From: a virus
Lineage: Duplodnaviria; Heunggongvirae; Uroviricota; Caudoviricetes
Direction: 5' to 3' (one strand)
IMG/VR virus record: IMGVR_UViG_2663762946_000001
DNA length: 12,458 nt
In this document: piece after piece, positions 7,434-12,458 of the stretch
How the letters are laid out: every line of letters starts with the position of its first letter
Numbering within the stretch: position 1 is the first letter of the stretch
The notes under the pieces: model-generated
Seen by the model: the letters and a program-made list of their open reading frames with translations, nothing else
What the model was told of the DNA's origin: nothing
Databases searched by the model: none
Program-made: the position numbers and the translations under genes

Positions 7434-7529
7434 TGGCACCACCTCCACCAATGATTATTAGGTTGGCGTGTTGGTTGGTGTTGCCAATTGCTTACACACT
7501 TATTCCACCAAAAATATTTTATACATTTA

Positions 7530-7703
7530 CTAAAAGAGCAAATCTGCTCTTGAAATCTCATATCCTTGCTCACGTAACAATTTTGTTGCGCTTCTTAAAT
7601 TATCAATTGGATAGAATGGATATATATCCTTTGCTAATTCAATTACTCTATACTTTGATAAAACTTCTTTAACACCTACATATGTATCAATTACTGAATA
7701 CAT
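7530..7703 (-). CDS. Hypothetical protein, 57 aa (start revised to MYSVID)
   Basis: SD GAGGTG precedes ATG at 7703. Confidence 0.75.
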   Translation of the reverse strand: MYSVIDTYVGVKEVLSKYRVIELAKDIYPFYPIDNLRSATKLLREQGYEISRADLLF

Positions 7704-7738
7704 AACAATCACCTCTAAAATTTATTTTTCATTACTAC

Positions 7739-7794
7739 ATTGCAACAAGATACTGCCTCTTGTTAGATAACTTATCCAGTCACTTGACTACAAC
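7739..7794 (-). ncRNA. Degenerate tRNA-like mini-element candidate (56 nt)
   Basis: GTTGTAG/TTGCAAT closing stem (3 G-U pairs), GGATA-AGT-TATCT arm, and a 5-bp CAAGA/TCTTG stem with a 7-nt GGCAGTA loop abutting the 3' strand. Loop is non-canonical. Confidence 0.35.
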
Positions 7795-7827
7795 ACTAAG
7801 AATTCTTTCTTATCAATATGTTTATTT

Positions 7828-8214
7828 CTAATCTAGTAATCCTTCAATTTCAGCGATTACTTCCCTGTTCTTATCAATAGTCGCATCATCATTCCAAAAT
7901 TCACTTAATGTTTCTAAGTCTTGTATAACGTTATATCCAATGATATGCCACAACGAGTTTGCGACCCGAACTGGATCAGAGAAATCTGTGTCAATTACTC
8001 CATAATTTTCTAATTCATACTGCTTAATTCTTTCCATTGCATCAAATACACCATATTCTAATATAGGGTTTTCAGCATCTACTTTATATGAAATGTAATT
8101 TTCATTACAAAAAACGACATCTTCCAAATCAGCATACGCCCCAGTATATCCATTCTCTAAAACTTTTTTTATCTCATTAAGTGCTTCGTTACGTGTAAAA
8201 TAATTTTTTTTCAT
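7828..8214 (-). CDS. Hypothetical acidic protein, 128 aa (start revised to MKKNYF)
   Basis: SD GGAGG before ATG at 8214; the revised start removes the overlap with the upstream gene. Confidence 0.85.
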   Translation of the reverse strand: MKKNYFTRNEALNEIKKVLENGYTGAYADLEDVVFCNENYISYKVDAENPILEYGVFDAMERIKQYELENYGVIDTDFSDPVRVANSLWHIIGYNVIQDLETLSEFWNDDATIDKNREVIAEIEGLLD

Positions 8215-8263
8215 AATACTTAAACCTCCATTTTTATGAGTAAATTTCTTTCTACCGCGTACA

Positions 8264-8560
8264 TTAAGCATTAACTAGCTTTTCATAGTTACCTTGATAT
8301 TCTTTTAACAATTTTGTATAAGTTTTTTCATTATCAGTAAGAAATAATACATGATTACTCGACCAAGTATTAAGATGATTTTCAAGAATCATTACATACT
8401 TGCGTGGCTTAATACCGTTAGTAAACCTAATTTTTTGCATATCCTCGAAAAAATAGTTATCCTGCAAACTCCCCTCAACATACTTAGGTTCACAACCTAA
8501 GTCCATTAATTTATTTGCCAATTCTTGTCCGTTATCAATCTCTTTTTTATAATCAATCAT
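8264..8560 (-). CDS. Hypothetical protein, 98 aa
   Basis: SD AGGAGG. Confidence 0.85.
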   Translation of the reverse strand: MIDYKKEIDNGQELANKLMDLGCEPKYVEGSLQDNYFFEDMQKIRFTNGIKPRKYVMILENHLNTWSSNHVLFLTDNEKTYTKLLKEYQGNYEKLVNA

Positions 8561-8578
8561 AATAATTCCTCCTAATTT

Positions 8579-8737
8579 TTATTCTCCGTATAATACTTGT
8601 TGTATAGATTCTTTATAACTCATACCTAGCATATCTACATTTGTTTCTACCATATCAGGTACTGTTTTTTCATCGTCCGTATCCCTGATTGAAACGCCTT
8701 CATTTTCTACTGCCTCAATAATTTCTTCTCTTGTCAT
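8579..8737 (-). CDS. Small acidic hypothetical protein, 52 aa (MTREEIIEAVENEGVSIRDTDDEK...YGE)
   Basis: SD GGGAGG with the AATTAATT spacer shared by neighbouring genes; missing from the ORF track. Confidence 0.8.
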   Translation of the reverse strand: MTREEIIEAVENEGVSIRDTDDEKTVPDMVETNVDMLGMSYKESIQQVLYGE

Positions 8738-8773
8738 AATTAATTCCTCCCAAAAATTATTTTATGTATAAAA

Positions 8774-8833
8774 AGCACAAGTGAGAATCGAACCCACTAG
8801 CAAAAATTCTTTTTACGCTACACCAGTTGTACT
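8774..8833 (-). ncRNA. tRNA-like mini-element 2 (60 nt)
   Basis: AGTACAA / CTGGTG / TAGC-GTAAAAAGAATTTTT-GCTA / GTGGG-TTCGATT-CTCAC / TTGTGCT: 7-bp acceptor-like stem stacked on a 5-bp+7-nt canonical T-arm. Confidence 0.75.
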
Positions 8834-8855
8834 AACAATTATTTTGATATGTTTA

Positions 8856-9410
8856 TTATATGGATACTGGATAACCTAATTTTTCTAATCCAATACGATT
8901 AATATTTATTTTCTCGCAATCTAATTCATCGCTGCCAATATCTTCAATGGTACTTTGTAGCATCTCAATATCATTATGGCGTAATGTATATTTCCATTCA
9001 TATTTAACATTGCCGTTCTCATCAAATTCAACTGTACCAACTGTTCCACTAACTAGATCAATAGCAAAACGATTAGTATAAGTGTACATTCCATCAACAA
9101 AAACCAACAAAAAATTCTTTTTGTTGTCTACATATAAACCACCGTCAATATAGTCTGATAAGACTGAGTCGTTATTATATACTAACCATAATTCATTGTT
9201 GTTCTCAACTTGAATTGATTGAATATCTTCTCCATCATTGTCTACGTACCTAATATTTTCATCAAGTAAATTTTCACTATAGTCAATATCAAGTCCATAC
9301 ATATTTAGTAATTTTTCTAATCCATTTTTACTACTAAATTTTCCTGCAAATACAAAATTTAATCCATGACCCCAACTTCTTATTGCGGTTGTTTTTAGAA
9401 TATCGAACAT
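8856..9410 (-). CDS. Hypothetical acidic protein, 184 aa (start revised to MFDILK)
   Basis: SD GGGTGG before ATG at 9410; the longer start would run through the intergenic repeat. Confidence 0.85.
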   Translation of the reverse strand: MFDILKTTAIRSWGHGLNFVFAGKFSSKNGLEKLLNMYGLDIDYSENLLDENIRYVDNDGEDIQSIQVENNNELWLVYNNDSVLSDYIDGGLYVDNKKNFLLVFVDGMYTYTNRFAIDLVSGTVGTVEFDENGNVKYEWKYTLRHNDIEMLQSTIEDIGSDELDCEKININRIGLEKLGYPVSI

Positions 9411-9462
9411 ACTAATTACCACCCTTTTATTATTTGAGTAAAAATCTTTTTTACGCAACTTA

Positions 9463-9693
9463 CTAATCGTTCATGTTACCATAGACAATCTTTTGTACTT
9501 GATCGTCAAACCAAAGAATATCGTTTAGTTCTGTTCCATCAATGTTATCTTCCATTTTTGAATTAATATAGTCTTGAATATAGTCGCTAAGTTCATCATA
9601 GGTACCATTATCAATACTATTCTCTAGGACACAAGCCCCACCGCTCCACGCTTTAAAATCACTCAGTTCTAATTCTTTAATTACTTTGATCAT
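9463..9693 (-). CDS. Hypothetical acidic protein, 76 aa
   Basis: SD GGTGGG; 17 D/E versus 5 K; FKAWSGG...ELNDILWF pattern. Confidence 0.85.
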   Translation of the reverse strand: MIKVIKELELSDFKAWSGGACVLENSIDNGTYDELSDYIQDYINSKMEDNIDGTELNDILWFDDQVQKIVYGNMND

Positions 9694-9724
9694 GATATTC
9701 CCACCTTTTATTATTTTATATAAT

Positions 9725-9769
9725 AGCGTGTGTAAGAATCGAACTTACAAATTGTAACCATACCACGCT
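9725..9769 (-). ncRNA. tRNA-like mini-element 3 (45 nt)
   Basis: AGCGTG / GTATGGTTACAATT / TGTAAG-TTCGATT-CTTACA / CACGCT: perfect 6-bp closing stem, GG-containing linker and perfect T-arm. Confidence 0.75.
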
Positions 9770-9809
9770 TAAGTCTAGTAAAAATTCTTTTTTTGCCAAC
9801 ATTAATAAT

Positions 9810-10100
9810 TTATTCTTCAATATCAGTCCATTTCTGATAAAATGCAGCACCATTACACCTTGATATTAAAAACTTCAAATCGTCATCAGATAATTTAGAT
9901 ATATATTCATAAATTTTGTCAACTTGTTCATCTGGCTCTAATTCATCAAAGTTTTTTATTTCATCTGAAACTCTTAATTCTAAGTCTTCATAACTAATTA
10001 CATCTTTTTCTTGCAATTGCAAAAGTACATCGTATACCGTGTTTCCTTTTATAGTCCATTTTTGTATTTTTTGTGTATCTGCCCCGTTAAATTTAATCAT
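9810..10100 (-). CDS. Hypothetical protein, 96 aa
   Basis: SD GGCAGG; acidic. Confidence 0.85.
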   Translation of the reverse strand: MIKFNGADTQKIQKWTIKGNTVYDVLLQLQEKDVISYEDLELRVSDEIKNFDELEPDEQVDKIYEYISKLSDDDLKFLISRCNGAAFYQKWTDIEE

Positions 10101-10150
10101 AGTTATTCCTGCCTTTTTATTTTTTGTGCAAAAATTCTTTTCTTGCCAAT

Positions 10151-10846
10151 TTATGCTGTTTTTGCTTTATAAATTACACGATCAACTTTTGCCTCTTCCC
10201 AGTCACTCGGTTCACCACAATTAGTTGATTCTGCAACTGTTTCTAGTAAGCCCGATTTTACTGCTTCATCCAAATCTGTGTCTTGACACAAGCCATAAAA
10301 ACCCCAGCAGCTATCAACTACTTCGCCTTTACTATCTGAAACTGTAAAACCATAAACTTCCCCATTACACCATTGTGTATAGGTATTTAACTCACTTTCA
10401 AAAATATTTTTTACTCTTTCAATCACTTGAGAAGAGATTCTTTTTTTGCCAAACTCTTTGTACAATTTTTCTTTTGTTACGAATGCTAAGCCAACCGTAC
10501 CACAATCCCAGCCATTCGATACACCGATTGAATAGACTACATTACTATGCTCAAATTTACTAATTGGGAACATAATGTATCCTAACTTATTAATACGTTT
10601 TAATACGTCACTTAAAAAGTCACTTGTATTACTGTATTTATCGTGAATTTTTTCAACTAATTCATCACCAATTATGCTACCCAAGAACTCCATTGAATCA
10701 CTATACTTGTGTTCTTGTGGCGAAAAACTTCTGCTCTCAAAAGTATAATAAGTACCAAACATACCCCATTCACGCATTGGATTTTCTGCGCATTCATCTG
10801 CTTCAATTGATAATACTTGACCCTTTTTATTTATGTATTTTGCCAT
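10151..10846 (-). CDS. Hypothetical phage/MGE protein, 231 aa (start revised to MAKYIN)
   Basis: SD AGGTGGAG; conserved-looking motifs (FEHS, WDCGTVG, WCNGEVYG, DSCWGFYG); function unknown. Confidence 0.88.
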   Translation of the reverse strand: MAKYINKKGQVLSIEADECAENPMREWGMFGTYYTFESRSFSPQEHKYSDSMEFLGSIIGDELVEKIHDKYSNTSDFLSDVLKRINKLGYIMFPISKFEHSNVVYSIGVSNGWDCGTVGLAFVTKEKLYKEFGKKRISSQVIERVKNIFESELNTYTQWCNGEVYGFTVSDSKGEVVDSCWGFYGLCQDTDLDEAVKSGLLETVAESTNCGEPSDWEEAKVDRVIYKAKTA

Positions 10847-10906
10847 AATAAACTCCACCTTTTTATTTTTTTTGAGTAAAAATTCTTTTTTCTGTTGATA
10901 TGTTTA
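10844..10906 (-). repeat. Composite intergenic repeat copy (TAAACATATCAA - AAAAGAATTTTTACTC - A-tract - SD - ATG)
   Basis: Near-identical to 11061-11120; partial copies at 11484-11531, 10098-10148, 9408-9455 and 8212-8253. Confidence 0.85.
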
Positions 10907-10907
10907 C

Positions 10908-11063
10908 TTAAAATACATTAGTATCGTGACACCGATCAATAAATTCAAGATTTTCTTGTAATTCCCTATTATCCATAGCCATCATTAAAGAGTTCAATAA
11001 TTCCTCTTTACCCATTAATTCTGCCATTGCTTCCGCTTTTTCATATAATACTGATTTTTCCAT
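10908..11063 (-). CDS. Small acidic hypothetical protein, 51 aa (MEKSVLYEKAEAMAELMG...TNVF)
   Basis: SD AGGTGG; flanked on both sides by the composite repeat; missing from the ORF track. Confidence 0.85.
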   Translation of the reverse strand: MEKSVLYEKAEAMAELMGKEELLNSLMMAMDNRELQENLEFIDRCHDTNVF

Positions 11064-11120
11064 AATTAAAACCACCTTTTTATTTTTTTGAGTAAAAATT
11101 CTTTTTTGTTGATATGTTTA
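11061..11120 (-). repeat. Composite intergenic repeat copy
   Basis: Plus strand: cataattaaaaccacctttttatttttttgagtaaaaattcttttttgttgatatgttta. Confidence 0.85.
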
Positions 11121-11486
11121 TTTGTTGTCTACTATTGTTGTCAATCCAGTATCCGTGTATGATACATTATCTAATTCAAGTCCTTTTGCCCCCACACCTT
11201 GTTGACCTAAAATACGTGTATTCTTATCGGTAGGATAGATTACAGCAGACCATTTTTTGTCTGTATTCTCCACGTATTGAATAGAAAACTTGTTAGTCTT
11301 GATAATTTGTCCATTCTCTAATTTTAATGCACGTTTACCAATTGCAAAATCATAGTTTTTCTGTTTCATAGTTGCAACTTGTTGACTAGTTGATTGAATC
11401 TGACTTGATTGCTTATAAATAACTAGTTGTTGACAACCCAATAAACCCAATGTTATTGATGCAATTGCTATACTTGACTTTTTCAT
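11118..11486 (-). CDS. Exported or membrane-anchored protein, possible lipoprotein, 122 aa (start revised to MKKSSI)
   Basis: Basic N-terminus, hydrophobic stretch and LLGC lipobox-like motif; SD AGGTGG. Confidence 0.7.
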   Translation of the reverse strand: MKKSSIAIASITLGLLGCQQLVIYKQSSQIQSTSQQVATMKQKNYDFAIGKRALKLENGQIIKTNKFSIQYVENTDKKWSAVIYPTDKNTRILGQQGVGAKGLELDNVSYTDTGLTTIVDNK

Positions 11487-11531
11487 AATTAAAACCACCT
11501 TTATATTTTTGAGTTTCTATTGATATGTTTA
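11484..11531 (-). repeat. Partial composite intergenic repeat copy
   Basis: Plus strand: cataattaaaaccacctttatatttttgagtttctattgatatgttta; the AAAAGAATTTTT core is missing. Confidence 0.7.
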
Positions 11532-11552
11532 GTTATATACCTGAATATTGAA

Positions 11553-11846
11553 TTAATTCAATTGATAGTAATCACGAACTAAATACCCTACTATTTCATT
11601 AGTCAATTCAATTTTGTCAACAATCCAATCGCTTATTAGATTGTTATCATTATAGCGATTAATAAGTAGAATTAATATTTCATTTAATTCGCTGCCCTTA
11701 AAATTATCAAGAAACTCGATAGCTTGTTCCTCGGTATTTGTATATGAATCCGCAAAATTATCAACTTTTTCAGATAAGTATTGTTGATTATTATCTGAAG
11801 ATTGATCAAATTCATTAACTAATTTAACTTGTATATTTCTAATCAT
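11553..11846 (-). CDS. Hypothetical acidic protein, 97 aa
   Basis: SD AAGGAG. Confidence 0.85.
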   Translation of the reverse strand: MIRNIQVKLVNEFDQSSDNNQQYLSEKVDNFADSYTNTEEQAIEFLDNFKGSELNEILILLINRYNDNNLISDWIVDKIELTNEIVGYLVRDYYQLN

Positions 11847-11860
11847 GATTACACTCCTTT

Positions 11861-12061
11861 TTATATATTGACCCTGATTGCATTAGATAAAAAATACTTA
11901 GATTTTTTGAACATAAAATAACTACCGTCAATTATATCACGTGTGTATGAACGACCACCATTTATATTAAATGTAAGTGTGTCGTCAATATCGTTATTAA
12001 TACGTTCGATATTTAAAGAATGATTGTTTGATAGTACGATTGTTCCGATACAATGTTTCAT
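11861..12061 (-). CDS. Hypothetical protein, 66 aa (MKHCIG; alternative start at 12079)
   Basis: Open frame directly downstream of a promoter; weak SD, so the start is uncertain. Confidence 0.65.
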   Translation of the reverse strand: MKHCIGTIVLSNNHSLNIERINNDIDDTLTFNINGGRSYTRDIIDGSYFMFKKSKYFLSNAIRVNI

Positions 12062-12093
12062 ACTTAACACTTCTTTCATTATGTTTATTACTA

Positions 12094-12118
12094 TGTTAAA
12101 ATAGAGAGAATTTTAACA
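12094..12118. repeat. Inverted repeat TGTTAAAAT-N7-ATTTTAACA (putative operator)
   Basis: Perfect 9-bp arms overlapping the predicted transcription start; a half-site also occurs at 3498-3506. Confidence 0.55.
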
Positions 12119-12146
12119 ATCTATAAAGTAGGCTATTAAGTTTCAA
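12118..12146 (-). promoter_or_regulatory. Sigma-A-type promoter TTGAAA-N17-TAGATT at the head of the gene array
   Basis: -35 at 12146-12141, -10 at 12123-12118, 17-nt spacer. Confidence 0.55.
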
Positions 12147-12261
12147 TAACCCACTTGAACATTGCTAAAAAATTGTGTGTTTTTATACTTGGTGCTGGTT
12201 AGGTCGTCAATTAGATACGCTCTTACTTTTTCAAGTAGTCATTGCATGTTTATATTTTATT

Positions 12262-12402
12262 TTAAACTATTGAACTTAATGCAGATTTTTTCACTCCCGT
12301 TGTATATTGTATGCTTAATTTATCTCCATACTGTCTAATCAAGTGCCTGATTGTATTCAAGTGATTAGAATATACTTGTTTGCTAGTTATCCGCGTTCTC
12401 AA
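12262..12402 (-). CDS. Possible small ORF, 46 aa (TTG start)
   Basis: AGGAG 4 nt before TTG; basic peptide; weak support. Confidence 0.25.
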   Translation of the reverse strand: MRTRITSKQVYSNHLNTIRHLIRQYGDKLSIQYTTGVKKSALSSIV

Positions 12403-12458
12403 TCTGCTCCTATCCTAGTATTTGGTACATAAATTTCTGAACAGTTATGCCATAATTA

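Larger units (their letters stand above)
7220..7514. repeat. 24-nt inverted repeat (7220-7243 / 7491-7514) bracketing the small toxin-like ORF
   Basis: TTTTTGGTAGAATAAGTGTATAAG versus the reverse complement of 7491-7514, TTTTTGGTGGAATAAGTGTGTAAG; both mismatches become G-U pairs in a minus-strand RNA. Confidence 0.85.
1..12458 (-). mobile_element. Segment of a large phage/prophage-like mobile element (early/accessory gene array)
   Basis: Dense co-oriented small hypothetical ORFs, a tyrosine recombinase, methylase-like and ArdA-like genes, repeated intergenic motifs and no housekeeping genes. Element type and host are inferred. Confidence 0.75.

Noticed and set aside
2903-9769. Bona fide tRNA genes
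   Set aside because: Too short (45-61 nt), no canonical 5-bp/7-nt anticodon arm, no CCA; kept as tRNA-like elements only.
568-10848. Plus-strand ORFs in the track (568, 1669, 2623, 2826, 4118, 4346, 4945, 7376, 10039, 10375, 10624)
   Set aside because: They are antisense shadows of better-supported minus-strand genes, with no convincing SD and F/L/I/S-rich composition typical of reverse-complemented AT-rich coding DNA.
7828-11498. Longer starts given in the ORF track for 7530, 7828, 8856, 10151 and 11118
   Set aside because: Those extensions run through the SD or the intergenic repeat; the downstream ATGs have properly spaced SDs.
9408-11531. CRISPR array
   Set aside because: The repeats are degenerate, include SD and start codons, and are separated by whole genes of variable length; no cas genes.
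135-11531. Classical integron (IntI plus attC cassettes)
   Set aside because: No GTTRRRY/RYYYAAC attC boxes, and no obvious IntI-specific insertion in the recombinase; only a loose analogy is retained.
12145-12248. Frame ATG-CAA-TGA-LLEKVRAYLIDD...GY* on the minus strand
   Set aside because: No SD, interrupted at codon 3, and it overlaps the predicted promoter; insufficient evidence for a gene.
12410-12458. 3' end of an upstream gene (...NYGITVQKFMYQILG*)
   Set aside because: Only about 15 codons are visible at the window edge; cannot be supported.

Overview
Very AT-rich window in which essentially every credible gene lies on the minus strand. About 27 mostly small, often acidic hypothetical genes with Firmicute-type Shine-Dalgarno sites run from a putative sigma-A promoter near 12118-12146 toward a tyrosine-recombinase-fold gene (135-1190). 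It most resembles the early/accessory region of a large temperate phage or other large mobile element of a low-GC Firmicute (inferred; no structural or replication genes are present to confirm this). Recognisable products are a tyrosine recombinase with an HxxK variant, a helical-repeat DNA-binding protein, a double C2H2/BED zinc finger, an Xre-like HTH protein, a half N6-methyltransferase, a beta-clamp-like fragment, an ArdA-C-terminal-like acidic protein and a possible lipoprotein. The most interesting signals are non-coding. (1) Three or four 45-61 nt intergenic tRNA-like mini-elements (acceptor-like stem plus TTCGANT T-arm, no canonical anticodon arm) sit between a stop codon and the next SD. 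(2) A strand-polar 12-mer AAAAGAATTTTT and a second 12-mer TAAACATAT(T/C)(G/A)A form a cassette-like spacer repeat. (3) An unannotated type I toxin-antitoxin-like locus lies at about 7200-7515. Several real small ORFs and one nonsense-interrupted gene are missing from the supplied ORF track, and the plus-strand ORFs are shadows.
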